A DNA stretch of 49,003 nt from Octopus bimaculoides (GCF_001194135.2 NC_068984.1:124225906-124274908), one strand, 5' to 3'; positions 1-13,062 are shown, counted from the stretch's first letter. Notes: a model not told the origin generated them from the sequence alone. Program-made: numbers and translations.

Positions 1-156
1 GTACAGGGATTGGCAGAGAGAGCAGGAGAGGCAATATATGATGTTGGTAGACGTGCAGGTGAAGGAGTCGGTGATGCGATAGGGTCGGTGATGGGTGCTG
101 GTGAGGAGGGTGGTGTTGGAGAGGTAAGGGCAAGTGCGGCAGCGTGGGCGGGAGCA
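1..156 (-). mobile_element. Penelope-like element GIY-YIG endonuclease fragment, running off the window start
   Basis: The minus-strand frame 156..1 is open: CSRPRCRTCPYLSNTTLLTSTHHRPYRITDSFTCTSTNIIYCLSCSLCQSLY. It has the CxxC linker and FTC-x-S-x-N-IIYC-x-x-C-x-x-C-x-x-LY typical of PLE GIY-YIG domains. Not in the ORF track. Confidence 0.85.
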
Positions 157-601
157 AACGCTTTCTTTCTCTCTCAATATATATATGTGTGTATGAGTGA
201 GTGTGTGTGTGTATATGTGTGTGTGAGTGAGTGTATATGTGTATGTGTGTGTGTGTCTATGAGTGAGTGTGTGAGTATGTGTGTGTGTGTGTAGTTAGTG
301 AGAAAGTGAAAATGATAGGGAAATAGTGAAAGAGCGGTAGTGAAAGTACGAGTGTGACAGAAATGCGAGAAAGAGAGCGAGAGAGAGAGAGAGAAAGAGA
401 GAGGGAAAGACAAGAGGAAGGAGTGAATGAGATGAGAGAATGAGGAAGGGAAATTCTGGTAATCAAGTGATTTTAATTGCGTGTATTCTACTCAGTGCCA
501 TCATTTACGAGAATCAACGTTATATGAACTGGCATAAAAGGGAAGCAGCTAACGGGTTTCGGAGCCTGTCAATCTTGCTTCATTTTTCTATCTGCCGATT
601 G

Positions 602-640
<39 letters not shown>

Positions 641-1346
641 NNNNNNNNNNNNNNNNNNNNNNNNNNNNNNNNNNNNNNNNNNNNNNNNNNNNNNNNNNNN
701 NNNNNNNNNNNNNNNNNNNNNNNNNNNNNNNNNNNNNNNNNNNNNNNNNNNNNNNNNNNNNNNNNNNNNNNNNNNNNNNNNNNNNNNNNNNNNNNNNNNN
801 NNNNNNNNNNNNNNNNNNNNNNNNNNNNNNNNNNNNNNNNNNNNNNNNNNNNNNNNNNNNNNNNNNNNNNNNNNNNNNNNNNNNNNNNNNNNNNNNNNNN
901 NNNNNNNNNNNNNNNNNNNNNNNNNNNNNNNNNNNNNNNNNNNNNNNNNNNNNNNNNNNNNNNNNNNNNNNNNNNNNNNNNNNNNNNNNNNNNNNNNNNN
1001 NNNNNNNNNNNNNNNNNNNNNNNNNNNNNNNNNNNNNNNNNNNNNNNNNNNNNNNNNNNNNNNNNNNNNNNNNNNNNNNNNNNNNNNNNNNNNNNNNNNN
1101 NNNNNNNNNNNNNNNNNNNNNNNNNNNNNNNNNNNNNNNNNNNNNNNNNNNNNNNNNNNNNNNNNNNNNNNNNNNNNNNNNNNNNNNNNNNNNNNNNNNN
1201 NNNNNNNNNNNNNNNNNNNNNNNNNNNNNNNNNNNNNNNNNNNNNNNNNNNNNNNNNNNNNNNNNNNNNNNNNNNNNNNNNNNNNNNNNNNNNNNNNNNN
1301 NNNNNNNNNNNNNNNNNNNNNNNNNNNNNNNNNNNNNNNNNNNNNN

Positions 1347-1955
1347 AACGCTCATTTCCACTCTGCCAGCATTACCCAAACATTCATAGCTTTACGGCAT
1401 ACAAGGTGAAAGGTTGATGGTGTGGCCGCTAGCAGCTCCGGATCTCAAACCTATAGAAAATCTTTGGTCCATCATTAAACAATGTTTATGCCGATGGACG
1501 CCAATTTACGTCGAAAGATGTCTTATGGGCGACCATCAAAGCTGCAGCAGAGGCAGTCCAATCCGCTACTATTAAGATATTGACAGATTCCATGATTAAT
1601 AGGGTTTTTGAAGTTATCCGTCGAAATGGCGCTCATCTGGCTAAATAATTCATTCCGTCAATAAATGTTATAATATTATTATGGTCTTCTTTTAAATATA
1701 TACTCAGTGTATGCTTAATATGTATCATTACCCTTCATTTTCTGAAAAAGAAAAAAATGTCTAGATGGGCAGTGTGGTTCACCCAAAAGCTAAAGAATCT
1801 GCAACTAAACAGAAAGAACGTTACACAGAATAATGAAAATATAACAATGGTTTGTGCCATAGTATGTAAGTCAGCTGGGAAAAGTTTTATCAAAATCGAT
1901 TCGCAGAAAACCGAAAAATTCTAAATTTCACTCTTAAGCTATTAGCGTGATTCTG
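1347..1955 (+). mobile_element. Tc1-like transposon remnant: transposase C-terminus and putative right end
   Basis: WPLAAPDLKPIENLWSIIKQ (cf. WPxxSPDLNPIENLW), then a frameshift to VYADGRQFTSKDVLWATIKAAAEAVQSATIKILTDSMINRVFEVIRRNGAHLAK* (stop ~1648). The 5' part is lost in the N-gap. Confidence 0.8.
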
Positions 1956-2214
1956 TGTGTGTTTGTGTTTGTGTGTGTGTACACACACACACATACACAT
2001 ACATGCATACATATACATGAATAAATTATAACTTCATAGTTATAACGAGAATATTTCTGTTGTGCAAATGATATCGTTATCATTTGAATTGATTATTTTC
2101 TTTTATTCTTTAAGAACCTGTTTCCTTTAGGTACTCATGTAAGCAAATTCGTTCTAATTAATTCATCATTTACCTATATCATCGGCATGTGCACCACGTT
2201 ATATATGAACAATA

Positions 2215-2555
2215 GTGGAGGCGCAATGGCCCAGACCGGGCGTTCTGAGTGTTTATTGAGCGAAAACACCTAAAAGCTCCACGAGGCTCCGGTAGGGGAT
2301 GGTGGCGAACCTTGCTGTACTCTTTCACCACAACTTTCTCTCACTCTTACTTCCTGTTTCTGTTGTGCCTGTAATTCAAAGGGTCAGCCTTGTCACACAC
2401 TGTGTCACGCTGAATATCCCCGAGAACTACGTTAAGGGTACACGTGTCTGTGGAGTGCTCAGCCACTTGCACGTTAATTTCACGAGCAGGCTGGTCCGTT
2501 GATCGGATCAACTGGAACCCTCGACGTCGTAAGCGACGGAGTGCCAACAACAACA
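2215..2555 (+). mobile_element. SINE with (CAA)n tail and 12-bp TSD; tRNA-like head truncated
   Basis: TSD atatgaacaata at 2203-2214 and 2556-2567. The 3' ~170 bp is shared with the SINE at 11061-11384. Confidence 0.75.
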
Positions 2556-4065
2556 ATATGAACAATAAAATCCACATACGGCTCTTTTTCGCAGGTCCGC
2601 TGATGAAGGGATCACGTGTCATATATACTTCGCTGAACATCTAACACCTAGAAACACAAATGTAATAATAATAATCATCATCATCATCATGGATGTTTCA
2701 GCTATCATGGTTATCATCGTCATTTCCGAAAGGACAACATCAACTAAAGAAACAAACAAACAGCAACAATGATGAAGTCGTCGACGATGATGTGTGCGAC
2801 ATTAGCGACAATAACTTGAGGAAAATCAGTTAATTTTATTCCACTCCATCTCCTCTGCTGATAAGATGAAAAGACGCAAGCAGAGAAATAGAGGCGGAGA
2901 AGGAGTGAAAGAGGGAGGCAAAGAGAAACGACAAGAAGGATAACATATGATACGTTAGTGGTGGTGTGTGGGTGGGGGGTAAATATGATTATTGGGATGA
3001 TGCTAAGTTTCTGCACGCGTGCGATAAATGTAGTGTGTGCCTTTGCGATATGCGTTTGTTGTTACTGTTGTTGTTAGTCTTGACTCATCTAAACCTCTGG
3101 TCAAAGATGAAGCGATCAAACATCCCACTTTTTTTTTTTGTGTGTGTCTTATACATTAAAGATTTTTACCATATGTGCGACACAACATTATAGATATTGT
3201 GCGATAGATTTGAGAGAGATTTAGCTGCTATTTCTAGTAGATGAATCGAAAACTTAAACTCTCATTGTTTAAGCATGTGCGCTTAGGAGTATGTGTGAAC
3301 GACCGTGTTTTAGTATGTGTGTACGTATGCGTGTGCTTTTGTCTGTATGTAAATGAAATGAACCTATGCGTATTGAGGTCAGTTATGTAAGATAAATGCT
3401 TTGTGTGTAAGAATGACAGTGAGTCTATTACTGTACGTGTAAGCGTGAACAGTTCTGTTTAAATATGTTTCGAGGCATTTGTATGCATAAGTATGTGAGT
3501 GTGTGTATTTACACATCCATATATATATATATATATATATATACGCGTGTTTGTATGTGTGTGGTGAGTAACTAAGGGTATATCATGGTAAATATCGGGT
3601 ATATAACTATGGTATCAGTCGAGGAAATGGAACGAGATGATAAGATGTTTTGAGTTCAGATTAAACTTCATAAACCTTTTAGCAGTTTTCTCTCCATTTT
3701 AATGGCTGCTATCTTTTTGATATTTTGATATCGTAATTTCTCTTCACACCCTATCATGTAAGTTACACATACATACATACATACATACATACAAGCAAGC
3801 ATGCATACATACACACATGCATACATACGTGTGTGTGTGTGAGTGCGTGGCGTGTATGTATGTGCATATANNNNNNNNNNNNNNNNNNNNNNNNNNNNNN
3901 NNNNNNNNNNNNNNNNNNNNNNNNNNNNNNNNNNNNNNNNNNNNNNNNNNNNNNNNNNNNNNNNNNNNNNNNNNNNNNNNNNNNNNNNNNNNNNNNNNNN
4001 NNNNNNTATATATACATACATACACACCAACCCGATCGATACAAAGTAAAACTACCTATCTATAC

Positions 4066-4111
<46 letters not shown>

Positions 4112-4398
4112 TTGTGTGCGTGTATTATATAGAAATCTACGTAATTATGCAAGCATATGTACTTGTATATATATACGTATCTGCACACGTACGCTTACAT
4201 GTCTATATGCATGTTAGAAGGTAATTTTCCGGAAATAATGTTTTGTATAATATTTATATTATATATAATACAATACTATATAATCAATATATTTATGTAA
4301 TATATTAATCAATCTATCTATCTATCTATATATGTATATATAAGTATACAAATATGTATGTATCTGTCTATCTATCTATATATATATATATACACACC

Positions 4399-4436
<38 letters not shown>

Positions 4437-5499
4437 AAGACACACACACATATATATATATCACTTGTAATTATAATTTTCAAGTTAGCGTCCATTATAG
4501 TTTTGTGAAACCTAGCTTCTCAAGATCATCCAAGTTGTTAGCTACATAACCAAATACAGTAACAATTGCATTTATAAATCTAAAGTTAATGTCCCGCAAA
4601 CTGGTAGTCATTACAGCGTTTGAAAAAGTGTCACGTGGTATTTGTTTCAACTCTTGTTCTCTTTCTCATTTTGGGGTCGGAATAAAAAAATGGTACCAAA
4701 ACAGGTCGATGGATTGACATAATGTTAGAGCCTTACTGTATCCGTTCCACTTATTTGCGTTCTGAATGCATCCCTGGCGAAAATACGATTGCCAATCTGT
4801 ATCGGCCCTTAGGTTTTTTTTTTCTTTTTCTATCTTATTCTTTAGTGACACGTAGAGGAGAGACTTGCCTAGTTGGACAGCTCTCAGTCTTGCACAAAAT
4901 AAACCTTGTCCAGGTCTGCGCTTATGCGTGCAGATAATTCCTGAGACTTGCGCAGGGATGACCTCTGGTAGTTAGGGAATAACATTTGCACTTGACTCAT
5001 TAGTTGACCAAAGATTTGGCATATTAGCAGAATCATTAGAGCATCGAACAAAACGCTTTGCAATATTTTTTCTGGCTTTTAGCGTTTTGATTTCAAATCC
5101 AGCACATTTCTCCTAATAAAAAAAAAGTATTAGTCAAGTACCACAATTGTCAGACCAATGCGAGAAACAATTATTATTTTTAACATTATGTCAACATATA
5201 CTAGAAGACTAGTCTTTATTACGTGCACACTCTATTTTCTGTTCTACATCTGTAAATCTGGTTCTTTGTGTTCATATTTCATAACAGGCTTTGACCATTT
5301 CGGCTGATTATGCTGGATCAATCTGAATGGAATACATTATTCAAGGAGTTTAGTCCAGGAATCGAACTCATGTCAACGTGGCCTAATGCGTTTGGTAAGT
5401 GTTGCCTGAAGTAGTACGGTCTTTTTCAATGGCGCTCAGAATTTCCCAGTTAACTCAGAGCAGTTTTGAAATATGTTTGTTTTGGAGTCAGGCTTCTTG

Positions 5500-5800
5500 G
5501 TGGCCGATGAGTAGTTACAGAATATTTTGCAGCTGCTTATGTAAAATGGAAGAAACTGCAATTGTGCTTTTGGTGGGGCTGGGAAAAGATTATATAGCAA
5601 TATACTAAAGAAGTGCGACGAACAATCTTGTGGTACCCAGTATGTACGTTGTTAGGGGTCACATCAAGAGGTTAATGTGGAGGATGTAAAGCGTGGAGAA
5701 AGAACCGAGATTTGAAGTTCTCTAGATTTGATAGAGTATGGATTAAAGATGAACCTCAACAGCGCAGGTTACGTCGGAATGACCCATACAGATCCTCGGA
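5500..5800 (+). mobile_element. Possible highly decayed RTE-type LINE 3' coding end
   Basis: DLKFSRFDRVWIKDEPQQRRLRR resembles the RTE C-terminal DLxxLxxxxxxxxxAQDRxxWR; upstream frames are broken. Confidence 0.3.
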
Positions 5801-6933
5801 TCCCTGAGATGTGAAACGATTGGAAACTACGGGTTGGGCTGATTGTTAAGGAGATATTCTCATGCCGAATTCAGATGCTTAGTTACTATTAAGTGCATCG
5901 ACATTACTTATATCAATGTCTAAAGGAAGAAAATTCAATCGGTACATTGACTAAAGACTCAGGAATCTAAGGAAGGGACAACTCCCGCCTCCGTCAAATA
6001 TTTGACGAGTCCACGAACACGACGACGGCGACGACGACGACGACCACCACCACCAACAACACCACCACCACCACTACCACCACCACCTCACCCTCACTAC
6101 CACCNNNNNNNNNNNNNNNNNNNNNNNNNNNNNNNNNNNNNNNNNNNNNNNNNNNNNNNNNNNNNNNNNNNNNNNNNNNNNNNNNNNNNNNNNNNNNNNN
6201 NNNNNNNNNNNNNNNNNNNNNNNNNNNNNNNNNNNNNNNNNNNNNNNNNNNNNNNNNNNNNNNNNNNNNNNNNNNNNNNNNNNNNNNNNNNNNNNNNNNN
6301 NNNNNNNNNNNNNNNNNNNNNNNNNNNNNNNNNNNNNNNNNNNNNNNNNNNNNNNNNNNNNNNNNNNNNNNNNNNNNNNNNNNNNNNNNNNNNNNNNNNN
6401 NNNNNNNNNNNNNNNNNNNNNNNNNNNNNNNNNNNNNNNNNNNNNNNNNNNNNNNNNNNNNNNNNNNNNNNNNNNNNNNNNNNNNNNNNNNNNNNNNNNN
6501 NNNNNNNNNNNNNNNNNNNNNNNNNNNNNNNNNNNNNNNNNNNNNNNNNNNNNNNNNNNNNNNNNNNNNNNNNNNNNNNNNNNNNNNNNNNNNNNNNNNN
6601 NNNNNNNNNNNNNNNNNNNNNNNNNNNNNNNNNNNNNNNNNNNNNNNNNNNNNNNNNNNNNNNNNNNNNNNNNNNNNNNNNNNNNNNNNNNNNNNNNNNN
6701 NNNNNNNNNNNNNNNNNNNNNNNNNNNNNNNNNNNNNNNNNNNNNNNNNNNNNNNNNNNNNNNNNNNNNNNNNNNNNNNNNNNNNNNNNNNNNNNNNNNN
6801 NNNNNNNNNNNNNNNNNNNNNNNNNNNNNNNNNNNNNNNNNNNNNNNNNNNNNNNNNNNNNNNNNNNNNNNNNNNNNNNNNNNNNNNNNNNNNNNNNNNN
6901 NNNNNNNNNNNNNNNNNNNNNNNNNNNNNNNTA

Positions 6934-6969
<36 letters not shown>

Positions 6970-6971
6970 TG

Positions 6972-7002
<31 letters not shown>

Positions 7003-7252
7003 CTATGTATATATTTATATATATGAACGTATACCCGACTCAGTCAAGCTGCGTTGTTGATAAGAAATCTGAAATGTAAGGTTTTCTTTAATAGTTTAGT
7101 CATTTAGAAGGCCAAGTTACCAGCAAAAAATGTACGCCACTCAACCAGGGTCTGTGATAACCAGCCGACATTTCGGTTTTATGTAATGCTTTCTTTCAAG
7201 TCGACCAGTTTCCCATACAACCTCCCCAAGGAGTAGACGCGACCATTTATTA

Positions 7253-7287
<35 letters not shown>

Positions 7288-7550
7288 ATTATTATTATTA
7301 TTATTATCATCATCATCATCATCATCATTATTATTATTGTTATTTTTACTTCTTTGTTTATTTTTATTAGACACATATACACACACGCACGCACATACGC
7401 ACATACATATATATGTGCGTGTATATATATATATGTATATATGTATGTATATTTATATATATGGCTATAAACATGCACGCATACATAAATATAGACACGT
7501 GCACACACACCCATCTCCCGTACACACACACACACCTATCTCCCGTACAC

Positions 7551-7616
<66 letters not shown>

Positions 7617-9847
7617 AATATATAAATATATACATACATTGATACTAAAATATATGGATCTCTAAATATATACATACAAATATTCACAAATACATGCAAT
7701 AATGTATGTATATACATNNNNNNNNNNNNNNNNNNNNNNNNNNNNNNNNNNNNNNNNNNNNNNNNNNNNNNNNNNNNNNNNNNNNNNNNNNNNNNNNNNN
7801 NNNNNNNNNNNNNNNNNNNNNNNNNNNNNNNNNNNNNNNNNNNNNNNNNNNNNNNNNNNNNNNNNNNNNNNNNNNNNNNNNNNNNNNNNNNNNNNNNNNN
7901 NNNNNNNNNNNNNNNNNNNNNNNNNNNNNNNNNNNNNNNNNNNNNNNNNNNNNNNNNNNNNNNNNNNNNNNNNNNNNNNNNNNNNNNNNNNNNNNNNNNN
8001 NNNNNNNNNNNNNNNNNNNNNNNNNNNNNNNNNNNNNNNNNNNNNNNNNNNNNNNNNNNNNNNNNNNNNNNNNNNNNNNNNNNNNNNNNNNNNNNNNNNN
8101 NNNNNNNNNNNNNNNNNNNNNNNNNNNNNNNNNNNNNNNNNNNNNNNNNNNNNNNNNNNNNNNNNNNNNNNNNNNNNNNNNNNNNNNNNNNNNNNNNNNN
8201 NNNNNNNNNNNNNNNNNNNNNNNNNNNNNNNNNNNNNNNNNNNNNNNNNNNNNNNNNNNNNNNNNNNNNNNNNNNNNNNNNNNNNNNNNNNNNNNNNNNN
8301 NNNNNNNNNNNNNNNNNNNNNNNNNNNNNNNNNNNNNNNNNNNNNNNNNNNNNNNNNNNNNNNNNNNNNNNNNNNNNNNNNNNNNNNNNNNNNNNNNNNN
8401 NNNNNNNNNNNNNNNNNNNNNNNNNNNNNNNNNNNNNNNNNNNNNNNNNNNNNNNNNNNNNNNNNNNNNNNNNNNNNNNNNNNNNNNNNNNNNNNNNNNN
8501 NNNNNNNNNNNNNNNNNNNNNNNNNNNNNNNNNNNNNNNNNNNNNNNNNNNNNNNNNNNNNNNNNNNNNNNNNNNNNNNNNNNNNNNNNNNNNNNNNNNN
8601 NNNNNNNNNNNNACACGCATACATACATACTTACATTCATACATACACTCACCCATACATACACACACACATACATACATACATACATACATACACACAT
8701 ACACACATACATACATACATACATACATACATCCATGCATGCATATAGATATTTGCAGAGATGCACATACGCCCAAACGCATGTAAGCACATATATGTGG
8801 GGTGTATATTCATTTTGTGACATGTTATAATGAAAGACACACGCACACACACATATATTCACATATATGTATAAGTACCGCATATATATATGCACATATA
8901 TATATATATATATACATATATATTATATATATACATATATATATTATATATATATATANNNNNNNNNNNNNNNNNNNNNNNNNNNNNNNNNNNNNNNNNN
9001 NNNNNNNNNNNNNNNNNNNNNNNNNNNNNNNNNNNNNNNNNNNNNNNNNNNNNNNNNNNNNNNNNNNNNNNNNNNNNNNNNNNNNNNNNNNNNNNNNNNN
9101 NNNNNNNNNNNNNNNNNNNNNNNNNNNNNNNNNNNNNNNNNNNNNNNNNNNNNNNNNNNNNNNNNNNNNNNNNNNNNNNNNNNNNNNNNNNNNNNNNNNN
9201 NNNNNNNNNNNNNNNNNNNNNNNNNNNNNNNNNNNNNNNNNNNNNNNNNNNNNNNNNNNNNNNNNNNNNNNNNNNNNNNNNNNNNNNNNNNNNNNNNNNN
9301 NNNNNNNNNNNNNNNNNNNNNNNNNNNNNNNNNNNNNNNNNNNNNNNNNNNNNNNNNNNNNNNNNNNNNNNNNNNNNNNNNNNNNNNNNNNNNNNNNNNN
9401 NNNNNNNNNNNNNNNNNNNNNNNNNNNNNNNNNNNNNNNNNNNNNNNNNNNNNNNNNNNNNNNNNNNNNNNNNNNNNNNNNNNNNNNNNNNNNNNNNNNN
9501 NNNNNNNNNNNNNNNNNNNNNNNNNNNNNNNNNNNNNNNNNNNNNNNNNNNNNNNNNNNNNNNNNNNNNNNNNNNNNNNNNNNNNNNNNNNNNNNNNNNN
9601 NNNNNNNNNNNNNNNNNNNNNNNNNNNNNNNNNNNNNNNNNNNNNNNNNNNNNNNNNNNNNNNNNNNNNNNNNNNNNNNNNNNNNNNNNNNNNNNNNNNN
9701 NNNNNNNNNNNNNNNNNNNNNNNNNNNNNNNNNNNNNNNNNNNNNCTGATTTAAAATCACTTTTACTTTCCGTTCATGATGATGATGATGATCATTTGAT
9801 GATGTTGATGATGTTGATGTTGAGTAGAATTATTATTATTATTTTTT

Positions 9848-10062
9848 TTTTATTGCCCACAAGGGGCTAAACATAGAGGGGACAAACAAGAGATTAAGTC
9901 GATTACATCGACTCCAGTGAGTAACTGGTACTTAATTTATCGACCCCGAAAGGATGAAAGGCTAAGTCGACCTCGGCGGAATTTGAACTCAGAACATAAC
10001 GGCAGAGGAAATACCGCTAAGCATTTCGCCCGGCGTGCTAACGTTTCTGCCAGCTCGCCGCC
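9848..10062 (-). mobile_element. tRNA-derived SINE, family A (head ggcggcgagctggcagaaacgttagc)
   Basis: A-box-like tggcagaaacgttag, B-box-like gagttcaaattcc, then the recurrent body gtcgactttgcctttcatcctttcggggtcgat. Confidence 0.85.
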
Positions 10063-10090
10063 AAAATGAATGATGATTATGATGAGGAGA

Positions 10091-10212
10091 AGGTGGGCGT
10101 TAGCGCGTCGGACAAAACTCATTGTAATTATTGCTCCGGCTTTTAACGTTATGTGTTCAAATCCCACCGGCGTCAACTGTGCCTTTCATCCTTTCAGGAT
10201 CGATAAAATAAT
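10091..10212 (+). mobile_element. Degenerate partial SINE, family A
   Basis: gtgttcaaatcccaccggcgtcaactgtgcctttcatcctttcaggatcgataaaa aligns to the family A body. Confidence 0.6.
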
Positions 10213-10601
10213 TATATGCATAGAGAAAAACACATTAGCATATAAAGAAAAAGAGAGTTAGAAAGCGCGGGAAAATCATAGAACTGTTTCAATTACAGAA
10301 GAAAACATACTATGCAGCAAAATAAAAAAAGAATATTGAATGAAAACGAACCCTATCGGATCAAACTCGACATTATTTCTATGTACACATAAACGAAAAA
10401 CATATAAAACGAAAAACAAAACAATAACAAATTTAACTGATAAATACTAGTGAAAAATATAAACTGGTGTTGTTTCTCTTTATTTAACATATAAATAAAT
10501 ACATAGTGATATATAAATACACAGATAAAGATTATTATTAATAAAAGAGCTTTATTCAGATCTTTATTGGAGAAGTATGAGCAGTGAGCTTTGTGAATTT
10601 A

Positions 10602-10807
10602 AGGCGGTGAGCTGGCCGGATTTATAGCACGCCTGGGAAAATGCTTAGCGGTATTTCGTCCATCTTTTGCGTTTAAATTCCGTTGAAGTCGACTTTCCAT
10701 TTCATCCTTTCGGGGTCGCTGAAATAAGTACCAGTTGAATACTGGGGTCGAAGTAATCGACTTATCGCCTCCCCGGAAGTTGCTGCCCTTGAGTCAAAAT
10801 TTGAAAC
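10602..10807 (+). mobile_element. tRNA-derived SINE, family A
   Basis: aggcggtgagctggc...gtcgactttccatttcatcctttcggggtcg...actggggtcga. Confidence 0.8.
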
Positions 10808-11060
10808 GAATGCTCTTCATGAATGCAAGAAGAAATAGCATTGTTGGTACAATATTAGCTATTTTTGTAAGGTTGTTAACGTTTAAAAGCACTATTAGCT
10901 CTATTTGCTTCGTCAAATCCCTACAGATATTGTTATGCGACGTTTGTATTGTCTTTCTTTTTTAACATTTCATCAATACTTCGCAAGCTTTTGAATTCTT
11001 GAAAACGAAATCTAAGTAAAGACGTAAACGAGGTTTAGTAGTTTGGTAATAGTGAGTCGT

Positions 11061-11384
11061 ATGAAGGCGGGTCGCTTATTGGTTAGGGTATTCGGCTCAC
11101 GATTGTAAGGTCATGAGTTCAATTCCCAGCGATGCATTGTGTCCTTGAGCAAGACATTTTATTTCACGTTGCTCCAGTCCACTCAGCTGGCAAAAATGAG
11201 TAGTACCTGTATTTCAAAGGGCCAGCCTTGTCGCAGGTCACGCTGAATTTCCCTGAGAAGTAAGTTAAGGGTACATGTATCTGTGGAGTGCTCAGCCACA
11301 TGCACGTTAATTTCACGAGCAGCTTGTTCTATTGATCGGATCAACAGGAACCTCCGTCGTCGCAACCGACGAAGAGTCGATTTA
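11061..11384 (+). mobile_element. tRNA-derived SINE, family B (CORE-like central domain), with 13-bp TSD
   Basis: B-box-like gagttcaattccc and central tgtgtccttgagcaagac. TSD aatagtgagtcgt at 11048-11060 and 11385-11397. Confidence 0.85.
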
Positions 11385-11854
11385 AATAGTGAGTCGTGGT
11401 GGTTAGTTGTGATGTAGTCATGTAGAATGAAAACTACTTTTCTCGGCTCCAAAACTTCCCGGCATCAAAACTCAGAAGACTGTACAGATTTTGCATCCGA
11501 ATCAGCAGTTTCAAAACAGTGACGGCAAATGGGTTGCGTTAAGACATCTCAAATACCTTGAATATGATGTGTTGACTATTTCTTCGAGGCTAAACAGGAA
11601 GAGTGTTCTATACGTTTAAAGACCAGTGCAGAAAAGCTGTTTGCTATATCCTACTTTTGAATATGAAAATTGGCAACAAAACTTTTATACTATTTTAACG
11701 AACAGCAATTGGCATAAGGGTATGTGATGTTTTTTTTTTTTTCAAATATGCGTTGCTTTTCAGTGGAATTTCCTTGAAATATTTGTTGAGCATTGCAATA
11801 TTGAATGACAAGCTATAATTTTATTTGTATAAAATATTGCACACGTATAAATTA

Positions 11855-13062
11855 CAAAGTGCATACCAGATGTTTGAGACTTTTGTAGAAGTTGTTATAA
11901 CTGTCCTAGATTATTGTAATTTTTCTGTATCATTATTATACGACTACTAAACTGTCTTGCCAACTTTTGTTAATCCAGATTGAAAGAAACAGCTGTAACA
12001 GCACTTTAGATACACTTTAATAAACACTGCTTGTCACAACTGACTAGTTTTCAGAATGTAGTCGTTTGGAAGTTTACTATACAATAAAGCTTTGTGATAA
12101 ACTTGGCAAGAAACGCTATAAAGACTTAGGAAATTCTCCAGACTGCTTACAAATTAACTTGTACGAGCTGACCATCTGTTTCCTTTGCTGGCACAAGAGC
12201 CCAGGTTCAGAAATTTAAACGGGAAGCTCATAATGATTCCCTTTTTCGACTGCAAAGGTATAATCCTCATCCACTGGGTTTCCTCTGATCAGATAGTCAA
12301 CAAAGAATACTTTGTGAAAGGTTTCAGGAAGTTCTAGAAAACGTTGCGTCGCAAAATGCCAGCGAATCTGTACCAGAACAAAGAACCAGTCCGTAATTCC
12401 ATCCTGGTAATTACCTGCTTAACGGAGATGGGCATCAGAACTGTCCCTCACACTCTCTACAATCCAGACGTTGCTCCTTTTGACTTTTGGTTATTCCCAA
12501 ATTGAAAGAGAACCGTGGGTGTCAGTCGTTTTGAAGGTACTCAGAAAATTAAAGAGGTCATAGAAGGCTTCTGGACACTTTGATTTTGCAGCACTTCTAT
12601 GGGACATGTAACCTTGACAAAGTGGCTGGAGTGTTACAGCAAGTAATTGAAGTGAAAAGATCCTATTATGGAAGAGATTAGAGTCATGTATTTCTTTCAC
12701 ATTAATAAATATCTCTCCCGAAGAAAGTCTTAAAAAGGCGGCGAGATGACAGAAACGTTAGCACGCCGGGCGAAATACTGAGCGGTATTTCGTCTGCCGC
12801 TACGTTTTGAGTTCAAATTCCGCCAAGATCGACTTTACCTTCCATCCTTTTGGGGTCAATTAAATAAGAACCAGTTAGGCACTGGGGTCGATATAATCGA
12901 CTTAATCCGTTTGTCTGTCCTTGTTTGTCCCCTCTGTGTGTAGCTCCTTGTGGGCAGTAAAGAAATAAGAAAGTCTCAAAACTTCTGAAATGCACCTTGT
13001 ATGTAGCCCGTTGTGGGCAGTAAAGAAATAGGAAAGTCTCAAAACTTCTGGAATGCACCTTG
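11855..13062 (+). mobile_element. Internally deleted mariner element with both TIRs, interrupted by a SINE
   Basis: Left TA|caaagtgcataccagatgtttgagacttt matches the reverse complement of right aaagtctcaaaacttctggaatgcaccttg|TA. Residual N-terminal IKLCDKLGKNAIKT*EILQTAY and catalytic-region GKLIMIPFFDCKGII...LYNPDVAPFDFWLFP (cf. YSPDLAPxDFxLFP). Confidence 0.85.
12736..12966 (+). mobile_element. SINE family A inserted in the mariner right TIR
   Basis: Full family A sequence. TSD aagaaagtct(t/c)aaaa at 12721-12735 and 12967-12981. Confidence 0.85.

Noticed and set aside
2594-2665. CTGATGA...GAAACACAAATGTA hammerhead-like arrangement
   Set aside because: Stem III and a weak stem II can be drawn, but there is no stem I complementarity.
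9990-10062. tRNA genes at SINE heads
   Set aside because: They have A/B boxes but no complete cloverleaf, and each continues into a SINE body.
11049-11062. 14-nt match (atagtgagtcgtat) to the reverse complement of the T7 promoter
   Set aside because: Most of it is duplicated as the SINE TSD at 11385-11397 and there is no other vector sequence; coincidental genomic sequence.
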